64,000 nt of DNA from the human T2T-CHM13v2.0 reference genome, Homo sapiens: assembly GCF_009914755.1 (NCBI RefSeq), contig NC_060928.1; one strand, written 5' to 3'. The first letter of the stretch is position 1. Every line of letters starts with the position of its first letter. The notes beneath the pieces were generated by a model that did not search any database, was not told the origin of the DNA, and worked only from the letters and a program-made list of their open reading frames with translations. The translations under genes were made by a program, and so were the position numbers. This document shows, one piece after another, positions 1-15,100 of the stretch.

Positions 1-1320
<1,320 letters not shown>

Positions 1321-1659
1321 AAATAACCTTATAAAATAAATATAAAATGGTTAAAAAAGAAAAAAAAATTATAACAGTTTGCTTTTAGTTCCCAATTAAA
1401 TTATTAGAAAAACTGAGTAAATGCTTACAAATTGTTAAGGTTATTTGACAGAGTAATTTTAGGCCAATCAAATCTAATGATAAAATATGACACGTATTTT
1501 ATATACTTCTAGTTTTCTTTTTTGATTTTTCACTTCAGTTTTGTAGTAACTAACTTTTATTGATTGTATTTTACAAAAGTATAGTCTATAAATGTACTGG
1601 AATAAAAATATACATACATACATATATAAATTCCTGAACTTCCCCTCAGTGTGAGAAGC

Positions 1660-1852
1660 ACTGTTCTAATTTATTCTCTGCAGTGGCCCTATTAGGCATA
1701 CAGAAGGGATTCTACTACCCAACTCACATACTGAACATATACATCTCTGAGGGATTACATAATGTAGTTAAGGTCACAGAGCAAGGAAATGTTGGAATGA
1801 AATTCCAAGTTTATTACTCCATGTTTTATGCACTTTCCCTGATATCACACAC
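1660..1852 (-). mobile_element. MIR SINE relic
   Basis: Degenerate AAGGTCACAGAGC...ACTCCATG...GCACTTTCC, matching the reverse MIR 5'/core region. Confidence 0.5.
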
Positions 1853-2101
1853 TATCAGAGAAAGTAATACCACATGCTTAAAATCAATTGACCTGATAAG
1901 ACTAATTTTGGTTAGTTAATAGCAATGTAGGGAGAAACATTCAGAAGATTACATCATCTATCCATCTGTTTATCTATTTATTTATCTGAAGACAGACTTC
2001 AAAAGGAAAACTTAAAAATTGGCTAAATACAGGAGAGAAGGAAAGAAAGTTTAAAGTCAGAATATTTTATGAGAGTATAAGAAGGAAGAAGAAGAGGTGG
2101 A

Positions 2102-2482
2102 ATATATATATCTTATATATATGTGTGTAGATATAGACATACACACATATATACATATATACATACATATATATGTGTGTATATGTATATGCTCCTAACT
2201 TAGATGATCTTCTAAGATATGATGACTTAGATGATTTTCTACTAAAGATTACTTACATACATATAAGGTATATTCCACCTTTTATATGCATATGTATTAC
2301 ACATACACATATACATATGCATATAGAAGGTGGAATATATATATGGTGTACATATATACACATACACATATATATATATACACATTAGTGTGCATGTTGT
2401 ATAAATATATAATATACACACACACTTATATAATATACACACTTATACCACACATATAAACATATATATGTGTATATGTGTA
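2102..2482. repeat. Compound (TA)/(CATATA)/(TG) microsatellite with embedded duplicated and inverted segments
   Basis: Seen directly; see findings. Confidence 0.9.
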
Positions 2483-4334
2483 ATGAGTAAAACAGTTTTT
2501 AAACAAGAAGGAGAAATAAAAAATTGATATGACCAATTTTTGAGCCTTTATTTTAATGATCATCAATTAAAAGCCGGCATGGCAATGCACTGCTGAAGAT
2601 AGATATTGAATTCCCCTGTATTGGTTTGCCCCAGTCTGGGATCAAGATTGCCATCCTACCAGAGTAGTGTCAAGGGTTGTCCTGTTTATAAGCAGCTGTT
2701 GCATAGAGTGATCTGGGGCTTTTCATTTGAGAAGAATTATAAAGTTTAGGGACATTCTGGGGTCCAGTACTCATTAGGAGATGTTTCTCTTTTGGCCTCT
2801 TAGATGACTTAGATGATCTTCTATTAAAGATTTTATTGATGCATGTACCTGGGGAACTTTACCCATAGTAGAGACAGAATATGTTCACCATCTAAGAAAG
2901 CCTGATCAAGAAGATCAGGGGTCAACAGCTTGAACATTGTTCATTAATGTGTACAAAATGCTATCAGTGCTAATGCTGGCTAGGGTGGGTATCTGAGGAA
3001 ACACATAAAATAAAATTAGAAATAACTAAAAGAATTAAGTTGTTTTTCTTTAAAAAATAAAAGGCTCGATGTCCAAAAAGTGTTTGGAGCTTTAGCCACA
3101 TTGTTGCTGCCTTGAAGTTGCCCTCAGCAATACAATTTTGTAGCTAAGCCAATACTGGGGAATGTCATTCTGAGGGAACTTTGGATTTAATTCTCAATGA
3201 TTTGGGGAGAAGTTTGCATAAAGTTAGTTACAGACAGTGATGAGGGTCAATTAATTTAGTGATAAGGTTTGTATCTGCAAACTGGTAACATAAATTTAAA
3301 TTTAGTTTTGTTTATCAACATGTCAATTTTCCTGACTGGAGGAACATATTTTGTACAAACAATGGTCGCTTTGTTGGTAAATAAGGCACTACAACTCTCT
3401 AGTGGCAGATGCCTTGAATTTCTGACATACTGTAGGCACCTAGAGTTGCTAATTAGCTTGTTTTAAACAACACTAGAGGTACAACATTTATCAAATCAAA
3501 TAGCCATTTCATTTTTTCAACTGGCATTTATTTGAAAACATACTACACTTTTACCTAATAAGATAACCGAATTAAAGTTTTTCATTTACTGTACAAAACC
3601 CCAAAATTATCAAAACAGAATATTAAATGTATTGTCATATTAAGTATGTGCACTTATTTTAAAGAAAATAAAACATTTCATTTAGATACTCACTAAAGCG
3701 TTTCCCCACTCACTATTAGGAATATGATCATATCTTTATTTTCCCTACAGGTTCTTAAAACTCAGAAAGGGTGAAATAAATATATTTCTTTCATGAGTCA
3801 GATATTTATGACTTAAAGACTGTAGTTAAGGATTGTGTTAATGCTTCCTTCACCCAAGTGACCTGAACCTTTTAGTAAATTCTGTCCCCATATTAGTTTT
3901 CATAAGTCAGGAAACATTTTCCATATGTCATGAAGCATTATCCAAAGGGAGTTCACAGCCACAGCGCTCATACTTTATCACGGTCACGTTGACTGAAATG
4001 AAAGCTCTTCTCAGTGATAGCACCCATCTGAGAGGTCAGAGAAAAGCATTTTTGGCACACTATTGTTCTCTCATTGGGTCAGCTGCCTCCTTGGACTGAA
4101 ATTGTTTCACAATCTTTATTAAAATTATTATAAAAGAACAGCTGAAAAAATAAACAAAGAATCTTATTTAGTGTCATCAAAGAAAAATTATCTGTCCTAG
4201 AGCAATATAATGCAATTTAACAGCCAAAACGAACATCTAGAAATAAGCAGAGGCATTAAAAATTGCTGAGGACCACAGAGTGCATTACTTTCAATAAACT
4301 TAAAAAGCAGCAAAGAAAGAAAAAAGAACGGAGA

Positions 4335-4700
4335 TTTGGGAGGCCGAGGAGAGTGGATCACTTGAGGTCAGGAGATGGAGACCAGCCTGGCTAACATGAT
4401 GAAACCTCATCTTTACGAGAAAAAAAAAAAATTAGCTGGGTTTAGTGGTTGCATGCCTGTAATCCCAGCTCCCAGCTACTTGGGAGGCTGAGGCCAGAAA
4501 ATCACTTAAAGCCCGGAGGTGGAGGTTGCAGTGAGTGGAGATCCACTACTGCACTCCAGCTTGGGCGACAGAATGAGACTCCTTCAAAAAAGAAAGAAAA
4601 GAAAGGAAAAGAAAAAAGAAAAGAAAAGAGAAAGAGAGGAAGGAAGAAAGGAAGGAAAAGAAAAGAAAAGAGAAGGAAGAGAGGAAGGAAGGAAAAAGAA
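4335..4700 (+). mobile_element. 5'-truncated AluS (Sz/Sx-like) with long GA-rich tail
   Basis: TTTGGGAGGCCGAGG...GGATCACTTGAGGTCAGG...GCACTCCAGC; 7-bp duplication CCCAGCT; purine tail 4586-4700. Confidence 0.9.
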
Positions 4701-6774
4701 ATGTCAAAATTAGAAAATTATTAAAAAGTTGGAAGAGAAAAACTGCTGTGGAAAATTATAAAAGCATAGCAATGAAGGTAAAAGTAAAATGAAAGAAATT
4801 ATGTAAGGCTTAAGTAATTAGACTAGAAATCAAGATTGTATAAATTCTGCTGTGTTCTTACACATTAATTGTTCTTACACATTAAACAAAGTATGTTTAC
4901 ACATGTTTAATAAGTAAAAATGAAGGGAAAATTATTATGTGTTTAGAATTTTTATCCCTAAATTCTCATAAGCATTTATAGAATATGATTGACAAGAACC
5001 ACTTTGCATGGGCATTATCTTTGACTAGTGAGAGCATTCAATAGACATGAAGTTTGTCTATAAAAACATTATCTATAATGCCCTTGGTATTGTTCATAAA
5101 ATAATTTGATGTCATTACCACATCAGTTTGAACATTAGCACTCAAAACAGGAATAGTACAATAGATTAATTAGATCATACATGATTTAATTAAAAATTTT
5201 AATCAGGAAATAACGCATGTTTAATGGAAAATGCACAAATTAGGAAGACATGTCTACGTTTAAAAATGGCTATAAACAGAAAATAATTACATTCTAGATT
5301 TCTATGCTAAACTATAGGATAAATTATTTTTAGAATGCATGCATTCCATGTGTAATATCCAGCATACTATGATTTCTTAAATGTAACTCTTTGTTATAAT
5401 GTTTGCATAAGCAAAACAGTATTTCCTTTCTTGCCCTTCACCATTTCTGCTGTAGTTTAATGATGAGCAAAATTCAGATAATGAAAATTGTTCTTACCCA
5501 TGGGGTTGTAAGCTAAGTAAAATAGAGGGTAAGAAATTTATCCCTAGAGTCCTCTAGATGAGAAGTGCAAATTTGATTAGCAAAACATATACCTGACAAT
5601 AAGTATGTTAGGCTACCCTGAATGAAACTAACTATTATCCTCAGAGACTGGCTGAGAGGCCTGGTTAAGTTTCAAAGAATATAAATTATAAATTAAAAGA
5701 CTTTAACAATAAAACAATTTCTAAAACAATCTTAATTAGTTGAATATTTTTTAACTGTCTCACTCTACAGCAGCTGTTCTCAGGACAACAGAACTCTGCA
5801 TGTTGACAAAAAACATAGCAAAACAAAATTAAACTACCTTACCTTTGGTAACAAATGACAAAAAAATGAAAATGAAAGAATGACAAATAGGAATATGAAA
5901 GAATTTAATAGTATACACATAAAAACTTGTTTAAAAAGATAGCAAGCAACAAATTAGTAAGAATGCCCCATCATATAATTCATAAACTTTTACCTCTCAC
6001 GTGCAAATGTATGTTTCAAAAGTTATTGTATGTCCTCAAATATACAACTTGAAATTTTTGGTGAGTAGCAAACATTCTCTGCGTCTTAGCTCAAAGACAT
6101 AAAAGATTTTACAAATTATGCCTATGTTCAGAACAACATAAATTCTGTCTTACATGTTCATGAACTGACAATGCAAAATAAGCCTTTTCTCCACCATGTC
6201 CAATGTTTTAATTGGTCACTTGTCTTTCATCAACACTAAAGTTTTTAGTGCTTCATTTTGCTGATTATCAGGATAATTGGGCAGCTTTTAACATACAAAG
6301 CGACAGGGTGGAATTATTTAAAGTATTTTTAAAATGCATTTAACATGAACATCTATGAAGTTTAATCTCTTTTGCACTAACTTTTTAAATCCACAGAGAA
6401 GTATTTTTTTTTTAAGAAACTTAACTTCCTTGAAAGGCAAGGAAGGAGGCTCATGGCCCAATTCTTTCTACCAGTGAGAAAGTTCTTTAAAGACCAAATG
6501 TTTTATTTTTAGAATTTGTGCCAATTTTTCTTTCTACTCCTGTACACATATGTGGCTACCAGCTTTCACTTTTGTGCCAGACACATTCCTAATTTGAAAA
6601 ACATAGTTGTACAGCAATGAATGAAATGCCAGCAAATTATGTCTGCATAAGTCTTTACATGAGTTTTTATAGAGCATCACTTTAATAATTTTCAGTTTGT
6701 TCAGCAAAGACAAAACTAATGATCTCATGTAAGAAAGGAGGAAATTTACATGGGAATTTTGGCAACATGATCTA

Positions 6775-7368
6775 TGTTAGTATTCTATGGCTGTGTAACA
6801 AATTACAACATACTTAGGGACTTAAAAAAACTCAAATTTATTACCTCAGCATTTGAGTCAGGAGTACTGGAATAAGTTAATGAGGTCCTCTGCTCAGGGT
6901 CTCACAAGGCTGAAATCAATTAACAAGGCTGCAGTCTCATCTGAGGCTCAAGCGCCTCTCACAGGTTCACTGGTTGTTTGGACAGAGTTCAACTTCTTGT
7001 GGTTGTAGGACTGAGGTCCCAGAGACTGCCTGCTGTTCCCTGTCATAGAATGCTCTCACAACACAGAAATTTGCTTCTTCGTGGTGAAGGAGAGAATGTC
7101 TCTGGTGCTTTGAAAACTATTTTAAAGGGCTTGCTGGATTGGGTAAGACCCACCCAGGATTTCCTTTTTAATTAACTTGAAGTCAACTTATTATGGACAT
7201 TAATTACACCTTAAAAATCCATTCACTTTTGCCTTATAAACTAATCACAGGAATGATATTCTATTGTATTTACAGGTCTCATTCCTACATACGGGGAAGA
7301 GATATATGGGGTGTGTATACAAGGAGTTGGAATTTTGGAGGATATTTTAGAATTCTGCCTACTACCTC
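6775..7368 (-). mobile_element. MaLR solo LTR, MLT1E/F-like
   Basis: GCTGTGTAACAAATTAC...GGGTCTCACAAGGCTGAAATCAA...TTAGAATTCTGCCTACTAC, typical of a reverse MLT1 LTR. Confidence 0.75.
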
Positions 7369-7593
7369 ATGTTTCTGAAACATTTTTAAAATGATTTTCA
7401 TGAATATAAATAAAAAAGAAGAATTTTACTGTTATTTCAAATGGTAAAATGATATAATAATTTGCTATACATTATTATGCATATGGTTGAAGTATTGCCT
7501 ATATAATATTGTTAGCCAATATAATTTTCATAAGAATTACTCATTTTACCACTGAAAAACTATTTTTCACATTTCCTGTGGTAATACAGACAG

Positions 7594-7660
7594 TAGATAA
7601 TAGATAGATGATACATAGATAGATAGATGATATCTAATAGATAGATGATACATAGATAGG
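7594..7660. repeat. Imperfect (GATA)n microsatellite
   Basis: Seen directly. Confidence 0.85.
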
Positions 7661-8729
7661 TGATGTAGACCATACTTAAACTGAAACAGACAATAATTAA
7701 AGCACCTATTAACTTCTATGCAATGTGACTTTTTAATAGGGCTTTCAAATGTTTCTTTCTGATTGGGATTCTTCGAATTTTAAGAATTGTCACTAGATTG
7801 TAAGTGAAAACATATACATATATTAAACTGACCATACTGAAGCATTTTAAACTATGTAAAATATCTAATGTCTCATTCTTATAAGGGTGATTTAGAAGAA
7901 GAGGCAAATGTTCTTATATTTCATATTGGATATGCTATTCTATGTTATTCTTAGTGATGGAAGAGGCAAGCATCAGTTATGCATATCTTGAATTAAAGCA
8001 AGAGGACATAGTCAAGCCCCGATCTGTAACAGAATTTTTGTGAATGTGATATTTATCTATGTAGAATAGAGAAAATCTTATTCAAAAGCAATCACAAAAT
8101 TGAAGAAAATTAAAACAAATGCCAAATTAATATTGATGGGAGAAACTAGATAGAGAAAACAAAGACAAAATTCTCTATCCCTGGACCAACTTTTGATTAA
8201 TTACATGTAGTTTGTCTCACAGAAGGCAAAGCCAGATCTCCAGGAGAAGTATAGAAAAGCATAAAGGATGTTTTAGCAAGAGCAGGTAAATGATTACTTG
8301 TCACTGTCCTTGAGTGGCAGATATGCATTAGGGTGGCAGACACATCCTGCTAATTGGCATAGAAGCACTGCATGTTGACTTGTATGGAATTGTTCTATCT
8401 TTCTATACCATTCTGTATGTGTTGTGGGGTAAATTCTGGAAATCCTTACGAATCTCAGTGACCACTAATTGGTTAGATTCTCTATCAGAAGAGATCTAGG
8501 AATAATCTCCAAGCACAATGAAAAAGTGGGAAGAAATGTGAAGAACTTGGGAGCACTGAATATTCTAAATTATTGTTTGAGTAAGAATGTTGTAACTTTA
8601 TGAAGAGAACCAGAGATCATCGATGTAAATGACCGAGTACTAAGACAGTATAAAAGAATTGGGTAGATATCTGGCTATGCTTCAGAATACCTGAAGGACT
8701 ACCTTTTGATTAGCAGGTGAAGTGCATCC

Positions 8730-9496
8730 TGCAGTGACAGCAATACTTTTGCTTGATATGTCACTTATTGGTTTATTTTTTCTCAGCCCCAAATTCTGCT
8801 CAGTGAGAATGAATCTGGGCCCTTTTTGACTGCACAGTGAGAATGAATCTGGGCCCTTTAATTATGCTTTCCTTTTTCATTTGGCATGGAAGCTTTGTCA
8901 ATACAGGGCTCTGAAGAGTCACTGCAGGAGGTAAAGGTTTTGTTTCCCAGTTCTGATTTTCTTTCTCTCTCTGCAGGCTTCTACAACATGCTTGGTCACT
9001 TCAACACCAGGATCCTGCAGCACTCGCAGCTTCTTCAGTGCCTAGCTCCTGTGGTGTAGGTGCATATCAGCCAACAGCACTCAGAAACCCAGTAGCATCT
9101 TCCAGCATTCCCTCCTGATTCTGTATGTTTTTTTATTCAGAGTGCCTAAGGTAAAGACATCTTATGATCAGCTTTCCTCAGCACCCCAGAGGGAGAATTT
9201 CCTGCAAGTTCTGCCGGCATGGCACCGCAAGACTTCTCTGTCACCCAGTGAGCATGACTGTGCTCACAGGTCTGAACTGCAGCTCTGAGAGGCAAACCAG
9301 GAGGACCTTTCTTGGATGTTCCATCTCAGGTGCTTCTTACTACTCTGTATTTTTTCAGTTCCCTTTTATTAATAATAACCAATTCCTTGTTGCTTCAATC
9401 GCTTGTTATATTAATAGCTAATAATCCTTTATATTAAGCTTTCTTGTTATAATTACCTTATGTTTTATCTATCTTGGTTGGCCCCAAACTGATACA
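8730..9496 (+). mobile_element. ERVL solo LTR, LTR41-like, with a 34-bp tandem duplication (8796-8859)
   Basis: TG...CA ends (TGATACA at 9490-9496); internal AAGCTTTGTCAATACAGGGCTCTGAAGAGTCACTGCAGGAGG resembles LTR41. Confidence 0.6.
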
Positions 9497-9549
9497 CCTT
9501 CCAATTAGTTGGCTATTAGAAAAAGGCTTCCAGCTGCTGTACTGAGCAA

Positions 9550-10040
9550 ATTTTTTACTAAGTGTTTACAATGTATTATATTTGTGTCAGGTACTAGGGA
9601 TATACAGCAAACAATATGGATGTAGACCCGATCCTAGCCCCCATCAAATTAAACCCTACTTACCCAGATAAAATGTAAGCAGGACATTATAATACATTCC
9701 GTTATGTTCTGGTGGAGGCATATTGCATACTGAATTGAAAGGAGAAATGACAGGATGATAGAACCTGGAAGGTTATATCCTGAGTCATATGGAAGACATT
9801 ATACTTCTGAATAGGTGTGTGCACTATAAATAAAATCAAAGAGAGAATGTTTCAGAAAAGCAAAACAAGAAAGTATTTTGTGAGCATCAGAACATTGGAT
9901 GATGGTATGAGATCTCTCAAGTATGATGAGCTTCCTGGCACTAAAGATATTTAAGCAGAGACCAAATAGTCATCTTATAGATTTAACTTTGGGTCAAATG
10001 ATTTTTAACGCACTCTTCAACCTTTTGTTTCTATGACTAT
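9550..10040. mobile_element. L2 relic (minus) followed by an L3/CR1 or MIR3-like 3' relic
   Basis: TGTGTCAGGTACTAGGGATATACAG is L2-like; TCTTCAACCTTTTGTTTCTATGA is CR1/MIR3-tail-like. Very degenerate. Confidence 0.4.
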
Positions 10041-10928
10041 AAAACTAAGTTATAGTTACTTTATCACAGCATATCTGCTTTTTCTCCTGTGCAACACAGC
10101 CCACCCAATTTTATTTTATCCTGCCTTTATGATAATTATAAAGCTAAAGAGCTTATTCTCAACATCTTCTTAAACTTTGTGGCACACATAGAATTTCCTA
10201 TTGACAGATGTTATTCAAGTCAGTCTTCTAATTTCTTTATAATTTCTTGTCCTACACATTTCATACTTTTCTTTTGTATATCTGTGTATCAGGCCTTCCT
10301 ATGCTCTGTAACAAAGCATCCAATTTTTCAGTGGCTTCTAATAATTTGTTTATATTCTTGTAGTGGTTACCCTAGAGATTGTCCTATGCATTCCTAACAA
10401 CAGCATAATATAAATTATTTTCTCATTACCTAAATAGTAGTACTTGAGTCTTAGAAACATTTAAGTGTTCTCTTCTACCATTTACATTTTTGTTGTCATA
10501 CATTTTAGAAAAACAAAATTGAGGAATTGTGTTTTGGTCAAAGCCTTCTCAGTTACAGATAAGAGATTTTAGTGAGGTGTCCAGAACTCCTACTTTTGCT
10601 CAATTGCAGGTTCTGGGCTATCCCTATGTTTCAAGTCAGGATAGTAGCAGTACCCAAGATATTCTTGAAATACAGAGCAGTCCCACTTGCCAGGGATAGT
10701 TCCAAAAACTTTTTACACTTCAGCATATTAATTATTTGATATAAACCTCAGTGAAATCTGAAATTCCCTGAGACTCTAGATTGTACTGAGTCCTTTAAAA
10801 CTTTCTATTTTCATTCCAAGAAGAAACTGAGTGTCTAGCAAACACCATTGTGAACCCATGTATAGAGGAAAAAGCAGATGATGAAACACTTTTGGGAAAC
10901 TACCATTGGAATATGATCTATCTATCGA

Positions 10929-10947
10929 AATATATATATATGTATAT

Positions 10948-11005
<58 letters not shown>

Positions 11006-11006
11006 A
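10929..11006. repeat. (TA)n(TG)n(TA)n compound microsatellite
   Basis: Seen directly. Confidence 0.95.
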
Positions 11007-11349
11007 AAGTTAAAACCAAGATGCTCCAATAAAGAAAATGTTTACACAATACTTTATGAAAAGCTATCTGTATTCCCAATGTAGGCCTCCCTGATATAAC
11101 CCCACTAAGGTTATCCTAGATTAGATGAGCCCATGGTTCTTAACCATGACAAGTGTAGATCCATGCAAGAGTAATCAGATCTAGAATGACCTCTTACTAT
11201 CTGTAACTGTAACTGCATCTCTCAAGGTTGCCAATGGTCCATCAGGATTAGAAATATTAAAATGCATGTCTACCTGCTTTTTTTTTTTAACTTTACCTTA
11301 CTCTTAGATACAAAGATGAGCTGCTGTATAAGGAGTTGTGGAAATGAAA

Positions 11350-11545
11350 GAATATTCCTTAAGTTCTAGAAATTGTGTTAGGCACATTTATACATTATTT
11401 CAGATAAACTTGGCTTAATATGCAAAACAGATATTATCAACCCCTTCTTATAGATGAACAAACTAAGACAAAAATAAGTACAGTGGTAAAACCAGAATCT
11501 GAACACAGATCTCTCTTGACCCCACATTCATAGCCAGTCCACTTC
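11350..11545 (-). mobile_element. MIR relic
   Basis: TATTATCAACCCCTTCTTATAGATGAACAAACTAAGAC resembles the reverse MIR core. Confidence 0.55.
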
Positions 11546-14500
11546 ATTAGCTGGCCTTTCTATTTTGATTTGTGATTGTTACAGAAAAAAATTTTAAAAG
11601 ATTATGGTACATGTCTTAGTATGAAGTTAAAGATCTTATATTAGACGTGTTAATTTTTAGGATTGAGCTACAGCAAACAGAATGGTTGTCATCAAGCATA
11701 GTTTGTGTAAAGTGACTCTAATATTTTCCCAGGAATGGTAGCATATGTTTTGTTGCTCAGTGAAATTATTGACCATGCTGTCTTCTGAGTCAGGGACATA
11801 TTCTAAGATGTATAACTTTGTTTTGATAAACTTCTAGCAAGAAGAATTAGCTGCGCTCTCTTTATCTGGTAGTCTGATAGCATTATCTGTGGGATTTTTT
11901 TATGGGGCAGATGTGGGTATTTTGCTTTTTCTAATAGGTTATGCCTCAAGTAACTGTAACTCTTTTCCCAATTATCCTAATAGTGATTTCCAAAGACATA
12001 AAATACATTAATTGTTAAGGCTGTCATTTGCTCCACATTGCCCTTGGCATAGAAAGCGATAGAGAATATACATTAAAAAGCATCTAAATGTGTGTTCAAG
12101 TTGGAAACTCTTAATCCTTATCCATTAAGGAAAATTGAAGTGATTTAGTGGGGCACAGATCACCACCTTAGGAACACACAAGTGAGTGAAAGATTGAGGA
12201 TTATATCATAAAAAATGGGGTAGGTAAACTAACCGTTTTCAGAAAAGAATCCTGGGGCAAACTTAAGAAATTATTAAAGAGAAGCACTGGTAAGGGCTTT
12301 AAAGCTTTTGATAAATTAATAAGAATGACCCAGGTTAACCCATAAATTAGCCAAGTCAACTATCAATGTTTTTCATGGGAGCAACACAGAGCCAGAAAAC
12401 AAAATTTCAGTTTTGATTTGTAGGCCCATTTCTGTATGTTCAAAATGGATTGGAGTTTTAAATTATCTTCCTGATATACTTCACATTTCTTCTCCTATAC
12501 TTCTAACATATATTGCTATGCATTTTATCAACATCCATTCTCTCTGAATACTTTTTATTTCTTAGCATAATATTTTATTTCAGGCATACTCCTATATGAT
12601 GTACATTTATTTTTCTTTTAAACTATATATACCTTGTGGCATAATCTAAATAGAAGAAACATAGTAAATGTTTCCAAAATGTTAATACTACTTATAGTTT
12701 CTTTATATCTTTCTTATAATACAATTCCTAACCAGCTCCAATCCATTGTAAACAAGGCATAATAAAATATATATATATGCAAATAAATATATAGATTAAA
12801 AATAAATTAACATTTTACCTTCACTTCAGAGTATTTTTAGAGATTTTAAAACATCATTATGTAATAAAATCTTGTTTAAAAGCACTGACCATTTGTGATT
12901 AGAAATTAAATTTCTGATCATTTAAGAAAGTTAAACAGTAGTATCTCTTTTCTGTGGTTCCAAGAGTTCAAGTCTCTTCAGAAATTCAAAATTTTGTGTA
13001 AAGTTTACAAATTTGGTCATATAGTATAACCTAGTATTCCCAAGAGAAGAATTAAATTAGAAATTTCTTTCTGAATCTACTGACGTGATAAGTCCAAAAT
13101 ATGACATGCTGCCCTTGTTCATTTTCTTGCATTGTTGAGATTCACTTAATTTTATGTCATCTATCCCCATTCAAATTTGAGGGAACTTTTTTTGTTTAGA
13201 TTGCCATTAAATTTATGAGCAGTAGGTTAATGATATTTATATTTGAACACAGAATTCCTTTAATTTTTATTATTTCTTAATCCTATTTATTCAGAAGTTA
13301 ATTGACTTCCTTAAAAAAATTGAGTACTAGTTACATAAACAGACATGTTGTGAACACTTCTTGTTATCAACTCTCTGAAGATAATGGTAATAGGCCTATT
13401 TTACTATAATTAGACTAAATTAATTCAAGTTAGTTAATGAAAGAAAATGGAGTCCATAGAATATTTCCATGTCATAAAAATGAAATTCCAAATTAAATGA
13501 AATTGTTTGCTTTAAAATACTATAGCATTCAGGCATATAGAGATTTGCTTGAAACCTGGGAGCATTATTGCTGTGCATCCTCTGATTATGACACACACAG
13601 TAATATCAGGTTGAAACTAACACAAAATTGATTAAGTGTGTAGAGTCTTCGTGAAAATGTTCAGTACACATAAATATTTGGTGAGCTAAAAAATATTTTA
13701 CATCTGGAACTAATTTAAATATAAAACAGAATTTCATTTCATTGACTATTACACAATTTAATTAATTAATTAATACACAATTACACAATGAAAATAATTT
13801 TTCAAAATCAAAAGACTTGGGGAGAGAATGGAATAAGAAATAAGAGCCTTAAAATATTCTGAAGTAAAACATCTCTGTATGAAACTAACCTTCCAGTATC
13901 AATCATCTTCTGTGTGTGGCTTCAGGTTTCAGATTCCATTAATTTGAAAGAGCATCAGTCTACTGAACAATGGAGAGATGTTTTTTCAGAATCAGGATAT
14001 AAACCCTCTTTTGACAATCTGAAGTGTGATTTTCCCAGAGGTAATCCATTTCAAACCAACAGTGACTACTCATTTTAATTAGTTGCAGGCAGTTTTGTAA
14101 ATTAAATTCCCTCTTCTGAAGTCAAAATTCCAGAAAGAGAATGCTTTCATTTTGCTAATTGCTAAATGAGTTTCCAGAACAAGGTAGAATGAAGGAAGGG
14201 GTTTCTAATCAGTAGGCACCTCTTAGAAGGCACACACCTGTGACTGTTGAGCAGTATCTTAGTAGGGCTGGAATGTTACCACATTGAGTGTACATGCTTG
14301 CAGTTATCTCTCAATCCATACTAATAGATTCAGTTTACATTAAAGACAATTATTTTTCCCCCTTCAGTCATACGCCTTCATGATTCTGACTTGAATTGGA
14401 CATATGTGATGTTATTTGAATTAAAAGTATGATCTAATAACCCAATACAAGACCTGATGTTTTAAAGTACAGCATTCTAATCCCTTTTGTGATATTCACT

Positions 14501-14974
14501 CCCTTAGTGGCCTAAGGCAAATATCTTTTTCTAGGTTTCAAAGACATATGAAAGTGCATGTAAACATAGAAATCACACACGCCTTCAAAAGCCCCTCTAC
14601 CTCAATCAAAGGAAAGTACTTGCTTGAGATCCAATTCAGATCTGAAAGAAAACTTAGAACTGGTTTCTCTATGCAAGTAAAATTTTTGAAGGCTTCTTCC
14701 TACTTGAACATCTGCAATCCTTGGAAATGGCTTTAGGCAATTCTCGGAAGGATTCTCAAGGAGAGACTGACCCCTGGAGGCGGACAGAGCTCTCTTTTGG
14801 CCAGACCTGGCTTTCGTTATTCCCAGATATCAGGTAAAGAACTCTGACAAGAGAGGATGAGATCCGTGGGAAATTCCAATGTGTGCCTCACTTGCCTCCC
14901 TACCTTCTCTAAAATATTTGAAGACAAGGTAATGAAACAATAGGTGGTAGAATATAAATATTTTTTAAATCATG

Positions 14975-15100
14975 TGCTACTGGACCGTAAACTCCATGAG
15001 GGCAGAGATTTGTTCTATTTATCTTTATAACCTCATCTCTTGGTGCAGTGCCTTGCACTTAGCACTAAATAAAAGTCTGTAGAAGGATTAAATGAACAAT
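14975..15100 (+). mobile_element. L2 3' end
   Basis: GACCGTAAACTCCATGAGGGCAGAGA...CAGTGCCTTGCAC...AAATGAA. Confidence 0.7.

Noticed and set aside
4449-4724. Lys/Arg/Glu-rich ORFs, plus the other Alu-overlapping ORFs at about 22.1, 24.4, 26.3, 26.8, 54.1, 57.8 and 58.4 kb
   Set aside because: Translations of Alu bodies and tails.
4853-4885. 17-bp tandem duplication (similar ones at 8796-8859 and 63242-63271)
   Set aside because: Ordinary slippage duplications with no spacers; not CRISPR-like.
8896-8912. CTCF site expected in LTR41
   Set aside because: The core reads CAATACAGGGCTC instead of CAGTAGAGGGCGC, three core mismatches.
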